64,000 bases of DNA from Candidatus Curtissbacteria bacterium (GCA_030647775.1 JAUSJC010000007.1:50038-114037); one strand, 5' to 3'; counted from the stretch's first letter, positions 34,985-45,855 are shown. Notes: generated from the sequence alone by a model not told the origin. Numbers and translations: made by a program.

Positions 34985-35989
34985 TTATCGAGCCAGGTTC
35001 TCTATGACTGCGGCCATTTTTTGGCTGTTATGGTAAATGGCAAAACTTTCGTCGACATAATTACCTTCAATGATTTTACCGCTCAACTTATCCAGGTTTT
35101 TCGTGTCGACGTTAACGTATTTGTAATTAAAGCCTTGAGGTATTTTAGCATCTTGGTTTGAGTTAACCAAAATTTTATCAAAAGGGTTTGTGCCAAGATG
35201 GGCTTCGAGCGTATTTATGTGATCGGAGACTTTAAAACCTGCCGTTTCAAACGGTTTATTGGCGATATTAACGATAAAGATCTTTTTGGCTTTGGATGAT
35301 AGAAGCAGGTTTTTAATTTGGGGGACGATTATAACCGGCAGGATTGTGGAAAAAAGATCGCCGGGACCGACAATAATTATATCGGCTGTCTTTATGGCAT
35401 CGGCGGCCGCTTTGTAAGTTTTGACTTTGGGCGGATCAAGATGAACTTCTTTTAACGATTTGGCGCGGTTTTTATATTTTCCAAGGTCAATATTTTGTTC
35501 GCCGTAGACCTTTTTACCGTCCGCGGTTTTTGCCCAAATGTTGACGTCACCCAAAGTTGCCGGCAGGACTCTTCCCCTTGGGGAAATAATTCTGGAAAAT
35601 TCTTCGAGCGCTTTCCCGGTATCGCCTTTATAGATATCCACAAGGGCGACAAAAATTAAGTTGCCCAATTTTTGCCCGCCCAGATCCGTATCTTTTCCGT
35701 AGCGCTGGCCGGCGAAGCGGTAGAGGAAGAGTTCTTTGATAACAGACTCTTCGTCGGAAAGCGCTGCCAGGCAATTGACGAGATCACCAGGAGGCGGGAC
35801 TGAGAATGCGCGCCTAAGCCTGCCGGCGGAACCTCCATCGTCCGCCATCGAAACTATAGCAGTCAGGTTATAAGGCATATGCCTTAGGCCTTTAAGGATT
35901 TGGGCAGTGCCGACCCCACCACCAAGGCAGACAATGCTTTGAGCTTTTTCCGGCAGTTCGAAGTAATGCCGAAAGAACGTTTTGAACAT
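34985..35989 (-). CDS. YvcK/GlmR-family UDP-GlcNAc-binding protein
   Basis: LGGGVG, MADDGGSAGRLR, PPGDLVNCL, GPGDLFSTILP. Confidence 0.9.
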   Translation of the reverse strand: MFKTFFRHYFELPEKAQSIVCLGGGVGTAQILKGLRHMPYNLTAIVSMADDGGSAGRLRRAFSVPPPGDLVNCLAALSDEESVIKELFLYRFAGQRYGKDTDLGGQKLGNLIFVALVDIYKGDTGKALEEFSRIISPRGRVLPATLGDVNIWAKTADGKKVYGEQNIDLGKYKNRAKSLKEVHLDPPKVKTYKAAADAIKTADIIIVGPGDLFSTILPVIIVPQIKNLLLSSKAKKIFIVNIANKPFETAGFKVSDHINTLEAHLGTNPFDKILVNSNQDAKIPQGFNYKYVNVDTKNLDKLSGKIIEGNYVDESFAIYHNSQKMAAVIENLAR

Positions 35990-36108
35990 TAAGGGTAATG
36001 ATAACGGTTAAGGCATTGAGGCGTCAATCAAATTGTCGATTGTTGATGGTTGATAGTTGATTGGGATTATTGTTCGAACGAAGTGAGAACTTTCCTTAAC
36101 AATTCCCG

Positions 36109-36510
36109 CTACTCGAAAATTATGTGAAGGACTTTTTGGATGAAAGTTATAATTAGCGCGACAAGAATAATGGTAGCCAGTTGATTAAAGTGGTACGCGG
36201 GAAGGATAAGCCCGCCCACGTCGGCACCTTTAAAGTCAAAAGCTTTAATGGTGAAACCAGGGAGATAGATAGTTAGGCCATAAACGAGAATTGCATTCAA
36301 AATAAACGAGACAGACCCGAGAGTTAAAAAGTTAATTGGAAGCAGAATCAGGGAGAAGATCGGCTTTATAAAAAGCGAGAAAGCAAGAAGGGCGCCGATA
36401 ATAACAGCGATGTTTTTAGGGTCATTGCCGATAACAATTGTAGGAATAAGCTTGTAAGCACCAAAGAAGGCTGTTGAGGAAATAATTAATGCTTTTAGGT
36501 AGTGGCGCAT
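36109..36510 (-). CDS. YvlD/phage-holin-like membrane protein
   Basis: IKPIFSLILLPINFLTLG..FILNA motif; start at MRHYLK. Confidence 0.85.
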   Translation of the reverse strand: MRHYLKALIISSTAFFGAYKLIPTIVIGNDPKNIAVIIGALLAFSLFIKPIFSLILLPINFLTLGSVSFILNAILVYGLTIYLPGFTIKAFDFKGADVGGLILPAYHFNQLATIILVALIITFIQKVLHIIFE

Positions 36511-36564
36511 GGCAGGTGTATTTAGCGTATCAGGTAACAAGTATCATGTGTCAAGTATTGAGTG

Positions 36565-37824
36565 TCAAGTCTTTATGAAAGCCTTTGAGCGGAGTTTGCG
36601 GTGATAGGTGATGGCAAAGCGGTGGGCTTCATCACGGATTTCCTGCGCCAGCTGACGCGCCGGGCTTTCTTTGGGGAGGGAGATAGGTCGGATTTTACCC
36701 GATGTATAAATTTCTTCTAAGCGCTTAGCAAGGGAAATGACGGTTGTTTGGTATTTATATTTGTTGAGGATTGATAATACGGCATTTAATTGTCCGCGGC
36801 CGCCGTCGATTATCATCACATCCGGTTTAGGCCAGTTATTTTTAATGCGGCGGGCTAAGACTTCGCGCATCATTTCGTAATCGTTTGGTGTGCTGGAGAA
36901 TTTAATTTTGAAGCGGCGGTACTCTCCTTTGTCGATTTTTCCATTGGTCATAACGACCATCGATCCCGTCGCGTCTGTACCGGAGATATTAGAAATGTCG
37001 TAGCACTCAATCCTTTTAGGAAGTTTCGGGAGATTGAGCGCTCTTTGAAAATCTTTAAGCCTGGTTAACGTGAGATCGTCAACCAGGGTTGGCTGTTCCA
37101 TGAATTCGCGGGGTGTATGGTAGGTTGTCATTAAATACTGCAGGTTTTCTATTTGTTTTTTGGCGGCGGCGGCATCTTCGTATTTTTGAAGCTTTGACAG
37201 GTCTTTCATTCCGTGAACCAGGTCACGAAGCAGAGATTTGGATTTGCCGGACAGGAGCTTTTTTATCTTGACGATTGTCGAAACGTATTCTTGTTTTGTT
37301 TGGCCGTCCCTGTAAGGATAAGGGCACAAACCAAGATGGACATAAAGGCAAGGCTTCCCGGGGTTTTTGTGGACACAGTAGGGGAAAATGCGTCTTGTCA
37401 TTTTTAGAATTTCCCTCGTAGTTTTCGTGTTTGGAAAAGGACCTTTGAGAAAAATCCCCCGTACTGGTTTTTCTTTTCTGGTCGTTTGGATAAGAGGAAT
37501 TTCGTCACTAGTGATTTTTATGTAGAGAGGGCTTTTATCATCTTTGGCAATTACGTTATAAAATGGTTTATTTTCGCGAATTAGCTCGGATTCCAGAAGC
37601 AACGCTTCGAATTCTGAAAAAACTTTGATGTAGTCGATGCTTGTGATGTTTTGTACCAGCTTATTGGTTTTGGGGCCAAGATCTTTGCCGACAAAGTACG
37701 ACTGGGCGCGTTTTTTGATAGAGACGGATTTGCCGACGTAAATTAATTTGCCGTTTTTGTCAAAGAATTTATAAACCCCCGGCTCCTCAGGGAGTTTGGC
37801 GATTTGCCGCTTGAGACTTCCCAC
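36565..37824 (-). CDS. uvrC: excinuclease ABC subunit C (short form)
   Basis: LPEEPGVYKF...YVGKS, RIECYDISN, IIDGGRGQL, RDEAHRFAITYHR. Confidence 0.93.
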   Translation of the reverse strand: MGSLKRQIAKLPEEPGVYKFFDKNGKLIYVGKSVSIKKRAQSYFVGKDLGPKTNKLVQNITSIDYIKVFSEFEALLLESELIRENKPFYNVIAKDDKSPLYIKITSDEIPLIQTTRKEKPVRGIFLKGPFPNTKTTREILKMTRRIFPYCVHKNPGKPCLYVHLGLCPYPYRDGQTKQEYVSTIVKIKKLLSGKSKSLLRDLVHGMKDLSKLQKYEDAAAAKKQIENLQYLMTTYHTPREFMEQPTLVDDLTLTRLKDFQRALNLPKLPKRIECYDISNISGTDATGSMVVMTNGKIDKGEYRRFKIKFSSTPNDYEMMREVLARRIKNNWPKPDVMIIDGGRGQLNAVLSILNKYKYQTTVISLAKRLEEIYTSGKIRPISLPKESPARQLAQEIRDEAHRFAITYHRKLRSKAFIKT

Positions 37825-37836
37825 GGGGGAATTTTA

Positions 37837-39753
37837 CTACAAGTGGTACTTTTTTCTGCTCCTCGCGGTTTTTTTGTAAAGAATAAGCCCGGCGGCGATG
37901 ATTAAAACCGTTATGAGCATGCTCACTAAAAAGCTTTTTAGGAAAATAAGGTTATAGATGGGAAAAGCAGAAACCGGAAGAGCAATTTGGGTACCAGCAT
38001 AGCTTAAAGTGAGCGTATCATTTGAGGAGCCAAAAATGGCCGGGTTTGTAAGTCTGAACTGGAAGCTTCTTTTGGCATAGGGCGGCAAAAGGGCTATTTC
38101 AACAGAATTATCTGTCGGTTGCGGTTTTGCAATATCGGTAATCCTGCGCAGAGTATATGACGTTAGCGTAAGGGATTTTCCAAAAATTGAGGTATTGCCG
38201 GCATTTTCCAGCCTGGCTATAACAGAAACGGGAATGCCGGAAATTATTTTTTGGGGAGCACTTAGGGAAAGCTCGGGTATGACACTTGGCGTCGGAAGGT
38301 CCTGGGCAAATTCGATGGCAATATCTTTGCCAAGATCACCGCTTCTTTTATAGCTTCCGGCAGGGTAAGGGGTTTGGGATGATACTCCCCTTTGAACGAA
38401 AGTAATATGGTTAAAATCCAGTTTTTTAAAATAATCGAGGCCGCCGGAGGTTGAACCCCACGTCGGGTCAACTTGAACCCAGCCCAGCTTATCGTCCCAA
38501 TATTCGGGCCAAGCGTGCAGAACGTCACCCGGAAAAAGAGCCAGCGAAAGAGGCCTTAGGCGCTCGTTTTGCGTATAGGCATAACCTTCAACTTCGCGGG
38601 CGGGAATACCTGCCGCCCTGGCGATAGCGATGAAAAGGTCCGTAAATTCTGTACAGATGGCATCATTAGGACTGGCGGCCGCCGCGGCAGCCCCTTTTCT
38701 TTCAACCCTTGTTTGCTTCAGGCGGTCCTCATTGTAGCTTAAGTATGTTGTGACGAAGTTATAAATTGCCTGCGGGTTTTTGAGCTCTTGAGCCTTTTTT
38801 TTAATGAATGCTGAATCTGTTTCCCAGTATTTTTGTTTTGTTGTATAAAGTTCCCTGTCGCTTTGGCCCAGAGGAGAGTAGATATTCCTGAAGGGCCTGC
38901 TAAAAACTTCTACGAAGCCCGTAGCCGTGACATCAATCTTTTGGTGCGATGAAAGTTTGTAAAGAGCCAGGAAGTTATTATCTTTGTCGACAATGACATC
39001 ACGCGGTGCGGGGTCCAGTTTCTGGATGACAATTTTTTGATAATTGTTATCCGGCGGCAGGGCGATTTCCCGCATTTGGCTTGTCAAATTATTATTTTCA
39101 AGGTGGTAGTTCAGGGTAAAGGAAAAAACCTGTTTTTCGCCGAAAGATATGGCAATGCCTGATTCAACCAGTTGATCTTTGCCAAAGGTGAAGGATTGAC
39201 GAATCCCAACCTTCTCGCTTGTAAGCGGTGACGGGACCGCAAAAGCAATTTGCCCAAAGGATATGGGGGTCGAAACCGCAGCGCTGTAATCGGTTATATC
39301 GGCCGAGCGGGCGAGGCGCGGAATTGAAACTTCCCAAATCTGGCCGGATTTGGAGGCAAGTTCACCCGAGGTATACGTAAGGGTCCAGGGGAGGGTTTTT
39401 TCGATACCAATGACCTTTTGGTTAAATTTAACGCTGATTGTGGTCAAGTTGTTTTCGAATTTCGCCTCTGTTTCCAATGGACCCGTTGCATCCTGGGCTT
39501 TGACGTTTTCTACTTTGGTCGAGCCGATTTTCAGTTCAAATTTATCGGCGTAATAATTGGAAGTTTTATTTTTTAAGACTATTTGTTGGGTAACTTGGGT
39601 TTTGCCCGTTTCGTCGACATCGTACTCGACCTTGTAAGTTGTTCCAAATTCGCCGGCGGCGTGAGTGACGGGAGTGAATAGTGCGTAGTGCACAGTGATT
39701 AGTGAGAGGAGGACGAAAGCGGCAAGACAAAAGCGAACAAGAAAACGCATCAA
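37837..39753 (-). CDS. transglutaminase-like domain membrane-anchored protein
   Basis: AICTEFTDLFIAIARAAGIPAR, HAWPEYW, VDPTWG. Confidence 0.88.
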   Translation of the reverse strand: MMRFLVRFCLAAFVLLSLITVHYALFTPVTHAAGEFGTTYKVEYDVDETGKTQVTQQIVLKNKTSNYYADKFELKIGSTKVENVKAQDATGPLETEAKFENNLTTISVKFNQKVIGIEKTLPWTLTYTSGELASKSGQIWEVSIPRLARSADITDYSAAVSTPISFGQIAFAVPSPLTSEKVGIRQSFTFGKDQLVESGIAISFGEKQVFSFTLNYHLENNNLTSQMREIALPPDNNYQKIVIQKLDPAPRDVIVDKDNNFLALYKLSSHQKIDVTATGFVEVFSRPFRNIYSPLGQSDRELYTTKQKYWETDSAFIKKKAQELKNPQAIYNFVTTYLSYNEDRLKQTRVERKGAAAAAASPNDAICTEFTDLFIAIARAAGIPAREVEGYAYTQNERLRPLSLALFPGDVLHAWPEYWDDKLGWVQVDPTWGSTSGGLDYFKKLDFNHITFVQRGVSSQTPYPAGSYKRSGDLGKDIAIEFAQDLPTPSVIPELSLSAPQKIISGIPVSVIARLENAGNTSIFGKSLTLTSYTLRRITDIAKPQPTDNSVEIALLPPYAKRSFQFRLTNPAIFGSSNDTLTLSYAGTQIALPVSAFPIYNLIFLKSFLVSMLITVLIIAAGLILYKKTARSRKKYHL

Positions 39754-39831
39754 GAACTAGTGTCAGGTATAAGAGAGCTTATTGTCAACTCCGTTGATAA
39801 GCACGTATCAGGTGTCAAGTCCGCCCACTAT

Positions 39832-39927
39832 TGTCATCCTGAATTTATTTCAGGATCTTGGTGAAGATGCTGAAATATACAGTGCCATGCGCCCTCGCTT
39901 CGCTCGGGGCTAGAGTTCAGCATGACA
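39832..39927. repeat. GTCAT...ATGAC bipartite palindrome carrying a nested 36-bp ATACAGTGCCATGCG element (39877-39912)
   Basis: TGTCATCCTGAATTTATTTCAGGATCT...AGATGCTGAAAT[ins]GAGTTCAGCATGACA. Confidence 0.85.
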
Positions 39928-39936
39928 TTTATGGTT

Positions 39937-42876
39937 TTATAATTCCCTTGCTAAAAATTGTCCGGTGTAGGAGGTTTTGATTTTACTAACTTCTTTAGGT
40001 GTACCGACAGCGATGACCTGACCGCCGCCATCGCCGCCTTCGGGGCCAAGGTCGATTATCCAATCGGTGTTTTTAATGACATCCAAGTTGTGCTCTATGA
40101 TTACCACCGTGTTCCCCTGCCCGACCAAACGTTTGAGGATTAAAAGTAAGCGTTCGATATCGGCAAAGTGCAAACCCGTTGTCGGTTCATCCAGAATATA
40201 CATTGTGCGGCCTGTGGCGCGTTTAGAAAGCTCTGTTGCCAGCTTTACCCTTTGGGCTTCACCGCCGGATAAAGTCGGGGCCGGCTGACCAAGGTGGATA
40301 TATCCCAGACCGACGTCATAAATTGTTTCCAGTTTTATTTTAATTTGTGGAATGTTTTCGAAAAAACGTAAGGATTCCTCGACGGTCATATCCAAAACTT
40401 CAGAAATATTCTTGTTTTTATAATGGATTTCTAATGCCTCTTCGTTGTACCTTTTACCGCTGCAAACTTCACAGTCGACATAGACGTCGGGGAGAAACTG
40501 CATTTCAATTTTAACCTGGCCTTCTCCCTCGCAGGCTTCACAGCGGCCGCCCTTAACGTTGAAAGAGAATCGGCCGGGTTTATAACCCCTAATTCTTGCG
40601 TCCGTTGTTTGGGCAAAAAGCTCGCGGATATGGGTAAAGGCGCCGGTATAAGTTGCCGGGTTAGAACGGGGTGTCCTGCCGATTGGAGACTGGTCGATTA
40701 AGATAACTTTGTCCAGGTTTTCGGCGCCCCTTATTAAATCGTGCTGTCCGGCTTTTTGGCGGGAGCGAAAGATTTCCGTGGCAAGGGCATTATAAAGGAT
40801 GTCGTGAATCAGGGTTGATTTGCCGGAGCCGGAGACACCGGTGATACAAATAAACTTGCCCAGCGGAAATTCGACGTCTATATTTTTCAAATTATGTTCG
40901 GTAGCACCAATGATTGTTAAGGTCTGATCAGCGCCTATATTGTTCGAGCGATAGCGAGAACTAAAAGTAGGTAGTTCTCGATTCGCTCCGCTCCCTCGAA
41001 CAATATCGGCAGATGTAACTTCTACTTTTTTCTTCCCCGAAAGGTATTTGCCGGTAATCGATGCCGGGTTTTTCATAATTTGTGCCGGAGTGCCCTGGGC
41101 AATAATTTTACCGCCGTGTTCCCCCGCCGCGGGTCCAAAATCCAGGATCTCATCCGACTCCATCATCATTTCCCTATCATGCTCAACAACTATAACGGTG
41201 TTCTGGAGGTCCCTTAAGCGTTTTAAAGTGTTAATAAGCCGGATATTGTCCCTTTGGTGGAGACCGATAGACGGCTCGTCCAGAACATAGAGAACGCCGG
41301 AAAGGCCCGAACCGATTTGGGAAGCAAGACGAATCCTCTGGGCTTCACCGCCGGCTAAGGTATTGGCAGTTCTGGAAATGGTTAGGTAATCTAAGCCGAC
41401 ATCAACCAGAAACTGCACCCTGGCGATTAATTCTTTAAAAATGGGTTTGGCGACAATTTTTTCCCTTTCGGATAATTTGTCTTCGCTAGTGGATAAGTCT
41501 TTTAGCCAGATGCTTAAATTGGTGATGGAAAGATCCGTAACTTGGGCAATGGAATTTTTGTCAATGCTGACGGAAAGCGCTTCCGGTTTAAGCCGCGCGC
41601 CGCGACAGGCATCGCAAATATCAATCCTCATAAACTTTTCCGATTCTTTGCGCACAAAATCGGATTCTGTTTCACCGTATTTTCGCTCGAGTTGCGGGAT
41701 TACACCTTCATACTGGGTATCCCAGGTAACGACTTTGCCAAAACGGTTGGGGCCTTTAACACGATAAACTTGATCTTTGTCCCCATAAAGAATTAACTTC
41801 CTTTCGTCATCTGAAAGTTCGCCGACAGATTTATTGATATCGATTGCGTTTTCGCGGCAGACAGTTTCCAGAACGCGCCACGACCACGAATCGCTTTGGA
41901 CCAGACGGGCCCATGGCAGGATGGCGCCTTCGGCGATTGTTAGGTTTTTGTTAAAGACAAGATCCGGATCAACTTTGCGCAGAGTTCCAAGACCACTACA
42001 AAGCTCACAGGCGCCGTGAGGAGAATTGAAAGAGAAAAATCGCGGTTCGATTTCAGGAAGAGATATGTTGTCAACCGGGCAAGCAAATTTTTCGGAAAAA
42101 AGGTGGTCTTTTAATTCCTTTGGATAAGCGGGTATATCAAAAGATTTATCCAGGATTTCGGAAATAATGAGGCTGCCTTCACCGAGCTTTAGGGCCTGTT
42201 CGACAGACTGGGAGAGACGGCTTTTGTCACTGGGTAAAACCAGTCTATCGATGACTGCTTCTATTGAATGCTTATTGGTTTTAATAAGAACAAAGTCCTC
42301 GTCGTTATCCTTAACCTGGCCATCGACTCTGCTATAGGTGTAACCTTTTTTCACCAGATCGCGGAAAAGATCTTTGAACTCCCCTTTCCTGTCTTTAACT
42401 ACCGGTGCCAGAATTAAAACACGGGTACCCGGGCCTTTTTTATCGGTAGCGAGTTTTTGGATTTCATCGACTATTTGTTCTTTAGATCTATGAGAAATTT
42501 CGCGGCCGCAGGTTGGACAATGCGGATGGCCGACTCTGGCAAAAAGTAAACGCAAGTAATCGTAAATTTCAGTAACCGTACCAACTGTGGAGCGCGGGTT
42601 GTGGGAAGCGGCTTTTTGGTCAATGGAAATGGCAGGTGATAAGCCTTCTATAGAATCGACGTCCGGTTTATCCATGACTCCGAGGAACTGGCGGGCGTAA
42701 GATGCCAGTGATTCGACATAACGGCGCTGGCCTTCGGCGTAAATTGTGTCAAACGCCAGAGATGATTTGCCTGAACCGGAAATACCGGTAAAAACCACTA
42801 ACTTATTCTTGGGAATCTCAACCGAGACGTTTTTTAAATTATGCTCGCGGGCACCTTTGATAATGAGTTTATCCAT
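39937..42876 (-). CDS. uvrA: excinuclease ABC subunit A
   Basis: [19 protein letters not shown], two ABC domains, zinc fingers. Confidence 0.98.
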   Translation of the reverse strand: MDKLIIKGAREHNLKNVSVEIPKNKLVVFTGISGSGKSSLAFDTIYAEGQRRYVESLASYARQFLGVMDKPDVDSIEGLSPAISIDQKAASHNPRSTVGTVTEIYDYLRLLFARVGHPHCPTCGREISHRSKEQIVDEIQKLATDKKGPGTRVLILAPVVKDRKGEFKDLFRDLVKKGYTYSRVDGQVKDNDEDFVLIKTNKHSIEAVIDRLVLPSDKSRLSQSVEQALKLGEGSLIISEILDKSFDIPAYPKELKDHLFSEKFACPVDNISLPEIEPRFFSFNSPHGACELCSGLGTLRKVDPDLVFNKNLTIAEGAILPWARLVQSDSWSWRVLETVCRENAIDINKSVGELSDDERKLILYGDKDQVYRVKGPNRFGKVVTWDTQYEGVIPQLERKYGETESDFVRKESEKFMRIDICDACRGARLKPEALSVSIDKNSIAQVTDLSITNLSIWLKDLSTSEDKLSEREKIVAKPIFKELIARVQFLVDVGLDYLTISRTANTLAGGEAQRIRLASQIGSGLSGVLYVLDEPSIGLHQRDNIRLINTLKRLRDLQNTVIVVEHDREMMMESDEILDFGPAAGEHGGKIIAQGTPAQIMKNPASITGKYLSGKKKVEVTSADIVRGSGANRELPTFSSRYRSNNIGADQTLTIIGATEHNLKNIDVEFPLGKFICITGVSGSGKSTLIHDILYNALATEIFRSRQKAGQHDLIRGAENLDKVILIDQSPIGRTPRSNPATYTGAFTHIRELFAQTTDARIRGYKPGRFSFNVKGGRCEACEGEGQVKIEMQFLPDVYVDCEVCSGKRYNEEALEIHYKNKNISEVLDMTVEESLRFFENIPQIKIKLETIYDVGLGYIHLGQPAPTLSGGEAQRVKLATELSKRATGRTMYILDEPTTGLHFADIERLLLILKRLVGQGNTVVIIEHNLDVIKNTDWIIDLGPEGGDGGGQVIAVGTPKEVSKIKTSYTGQFLAREL
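40937..41006. repeat. palindromic element inside uvrA, frame preserved
   Basis: ATATTGTTCGAG...CTCGAACAATAT with inner CGAGAACTA/TAGTTCTCG. Confidence 0.8.
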
Positions 42877-42887
42877 GATTGATTTGT

Positions 42888-42985
42888 GTCATCCTGAACT
42901 CGTTTCAGGATCTCTTTTGCGTTAGATGCCGAAATATACAGTGCCATGCGCCCTTGCTTCGCTCGGAGCTAAAGTTCGGCATGAC
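42888..42985. repeat. second GTCAT...ATGAC palindrome with nested 36-bp element (42936-42971)
   Basis: same architecture as 39832-39927. Confidence 0.85.
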
Positions 42986-43039
42986 GAAGTGCAAAGCGAA
43001 TCTACAATTCTAGCACCAAATACAATATTTGGGCAAGAG

Positions 43040-43090
43040 TTATTGCTGTGAATTTACTTTGACCGCTTGGATTTGGTCGCGGAGGATGGC
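43040..43090 (-). pseudogene. orphan alternative 3' end of uvrB
   Basis: 21-bp core 43070-43090 identical to 43879-43899; reads AILRDQIQAVKVNSQQ*. Confidence 0.8.
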
Positions 43091-43109
43091 TGCCTGGCTA
43101 ATGCAGTGG

Positions 43110-43820
43110 CTAATGCAGGTCCGACCTGTTTAGCTTTTGTTTGCTCTCCTTCTCTTCAAATTCCAAAGTTAATTCTGCCAGAACTTCTGCGGAATTAATC
43201 TGGTAATCTTCCACAAAACTCTTGTACGATGAATTGTTTTGCAAGAAGGCTGTTTTTGCAATATTGAAGAAAGCAAGTATTTCTTCCGGGTGGATCCATG
43301 TAGTGTTTCTGGATCCTAAATATTCACCATAGCTAGAATAAGGATATGACAACAGGTCGGACCTGTTTTGATCGTCTAATGTGGCAATACCAGCCGGGTT
43401 TAAATGAATATACCGAGTTAGGTGAAGTAAGTAGGAATCTTCGGTTACAAGAACTCCTTTATATTTTCCTTGAAAAAGTGGCCCTACTCTTTCGTGACGT
43501 TCGTTAAAGTACTTTGTGTAAGCATTACCAATTCTTCTCATAAAACCGACTATCCCGTACTTAGTATTCTGTTTAAGCAATAAATGAAAATGGTTCGGCA
43601 TTAAGGCATAGCAAATAAGTTGTACTTCTTCGAAGATCTTCGATTGTCTTACAGGTCGGACCTGTTTGGGCGTAGGTGGTAGTAAATAGCTTTTAAGGTA
43701 TGAGAGGAAAATTTTGTAATCCATTTCGTCGTCAAAAACTATTCGTTTATCTACTCCACGGTTGTACACGTGATAAAAACCACCCTCTAAGTATTGTTTG
43801 ACGGAGTTTTTCGAAGGCAT
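43110..43820 (-). mobile_element. Y1 HUH transposase, RAYT-like, with four CAGGTC(G/C)GACCTG palindromes
   Basis: YHVYNRG, YALMPNHFHLLL, LFQGKYK, YIHLNP, YPYSSY; start at MPSKNS. Confidence 0.9.
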
Positions 43821-43857
43821 GCAGAATATAATAATACACCAAAGCAGGTCGGACCTG

Positions 43858-45855
43858 TTATGGGGATTTGAGTGACATGATTTGGTCGCGGAGGATGGCG
43901 GCGCGTTCAAAGTCGAGGACGCGGGCGGCATCTTTCATCTCGCGGGTGAGAACCCTGACCAATTTTTGTTTGTCGTCAGCAAGTAGTGAACCCTCTTTGG
44001 CACGGTCGAGAGCGGATTGGATAACCGCATCCTGGTAGGACTTTTTCTTTTCTTCGAACATCTGTTCGCGATTGACCAGTTTTTCGCGGATAGGTTTGGC
44101 GATAGATTCGGGGGTGATACCATGTTCTTTGTTGTAATCGGTCTGGATTTTGCGTCTGCGGTTGACCTCGTCAATGGCCCTTTGCATGGAACCGGTAATG
44201 TTGTCTGCATACAAAACGACCAAACCCTCGAGGTGGCGGGCGGCGCGGCCCATTGTTTGCACAAGGGACGTTTCGGAACGCAAAAATCCTTCTTTGTCGG
44301 CGTCTAAGATGGCGACAAGAGAGACTTCAGGCAGGTCTAGACCCTCTCTGAGTAAATTTATACCTACAAGAACATCATAATTACCCAACCGAAGGTCGTC
44401 GAGGATATCGCTTCTATCTAAAGTTAGGACTTCCGAATGTAAATACTGGACTTTTAAGCCTTTTTCTTCTAAATATTTGGACAGTTCCTCTGCCATACGT
44501 TTTGTAAGCGTAGTAACCAATGCCCTTTGTTTTTTGGCGGTGCGCTTCTTAATTTCGGCCATTAAATCTTCTATTTGGCCTTCGGATGGCCGGATTTCTA
44601 TCTGCGGATCGATTAAACCCGTTGGCCTAATCAATTGTTCGACGACTTGGCTGGAAATATTCAGCTCGTACTGTGCCGGTGTGGCGGATGTGTAAACAAC
44701 TTGCTTGATTTTGCGTGAAAATTCGTCAAATCTCAACGGCCGGTTGTCAAACGCGCTTGGCAGGCGAAACCCAAAATCAACAAGCATTTGTTTCCTAGCA
44801 CGGTCACCATTATACATGCCGTTTATTTGGGGTACAGTCATATGGGATTCGTCGAGTATTAATAGATAATCTTTAGGAAAATGGTCCAGTAAACTAAATG
44901 GGGGATCTCCGGGATTCCTGCCGTCAAAGTACCTCGAATAGTTTTCAATCCCCTTGCAGTATCCAAAAGTTTGAATCATTTCCAGGTCGTATAGTGTTCT
45001 TTGCTTTAGCCTGTGAGCTTCCAATTCTTTGCCGGCGGCTTTAAGTTCCTTTAGCCGAGCTTCTAGTTCCAGCCGGATTGATTGCATCGCCCCGAAGGCG
45101 CTTTCGTCCGAGGCTACATGATGTTTGGCGGGGTAAATAAAAGCGAAGTCGAGTTTTTCGATTGTTTGGCCCGTTATTGGAGAAATTGATTCAATTTTAG
45201 ATAATGTTTCGCCCGAGAAAGTAAGTTTGAGGGCATCGTTTTCGTACGAAGGAAGGATTTGGACTGATTCGCCGCGGATCCTGTAAGTTCCCCTGGCAAA
45301 ATCAACGTCGTTCCTTTCATATTGAAGCTTGGCAAATGCCGTCAAAAGGTCGTTCCTGGCCCAATCTTTTCCTATTTCCAGGGTAACTCTGGAGTTTTGG
45401 TATTCTGTGGGAGAACCCAAGTTGTAGATAGCGGAAACAGAAGCAATGACTATGACGTCTTTTCTAGTAGCCAGAGCGGTGGTAGCAGCCAGCCGCAGCC
45501 TGTCGATTTCTTCATTAATTTCGGTTTCTTTTTCGATGTAAGTGTCTGTAGCCGGCATATAGGCTTCCGGCTGGTAATAGTCGTAATAAGAAACAAAGTA
45601 GCAGACGGCGTTTTGGGGGAAAAATTCGCGGAATTCCTGGTAAAGCTGGGCGGCGAGTGTTTTGTTGTGGGAAATAACCAAAGTTGGTTTTTGGGTTTTT
45701 TGGATAACGTTGGCCATGGTAAAAGTTTTACCGGAGCCTGTTACGCCAAGCAGGGTTTGGTATTTAAATCCTTTTTCGATGCCCTTAACTAACTTATCAA
45801 TGGCTTGCGGCTGGTCACCGGTAGGTTTATAAGCTGATGTAAGTTCGAATTTCAT
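43858..45855 (-). CDS. uvrB: excinuclease ABC subunit B
   Basis: PTGDQPQAI, GVTGSGKT, YYDYYQPEAY, NLLREGLDLPEV. Confidence 0.98.
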   Translation of the reverse strand: MKFELTSAYKPTGDQPQAIDKLVKGIEKGFKYQTLLGVTGSGKTFTMANVIQKTQKPTLVISHNKTLAAQLYQEFREFFPQNAVCYFVSYYDYYQPEAYMPATDTYIEKETEINEEIDRLRLAATTALATRKDVIVIASVSAIYNLGSPTEYQNSRVTLEIGKDWARNDLLTAFAKLQYERNDVDFARGTYRIRGESVQILPSYENDALKLTFSGETLSKIESISPITGQTIEKLDFAFIYPAKHHVASDESAFGAMQSIRLELEARLKELKAAGKELEAHRLKQRTLYDLEMIQTFGYCKGIENYSRYFDGRNPGDPPFSLLDHFPKDYLLILDESHMTVPQINGMYNGDRARKQMLVDFGFRLPSAFDNRPLRFDEFSRKIKQVVYTSATPAQYELNISSQVVEQLIRPTGLIDPQIEIRPSEGQIEDLMAEIKKRTAKKQRALVTTLTKRMAEELSKYLEEKGLKVQYLHSEVLTLDRSDILDDLRLGNYDVLVGINLLREGLDLPEVSLVAILDADKEGFLRSETSLVQTMGRAARHLEGLVVLYADNITGSMQRAIDEVNRRRKIQTDYNKEHGITPESIAKPIREKLVNREQMFEEKKKSYQDAVIQSALDRAKEGSLLADDKQKLVRVLTREMKDAARVLDFERAAILRDQIMSLKSP

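Noticed and set aside
36109-36510. Prophage, suggested by the holin-like gene
   Set aside because: YvlD-type membrane protein in its usual uvr/yvcK housekeeping context; no phage structural genes.
43821-43931. N-terminal extension of the transposase ORF
   Set aside because: Overlaps the uvrB end and a palindrome; MPSKNS at 43820 is the plausible start.
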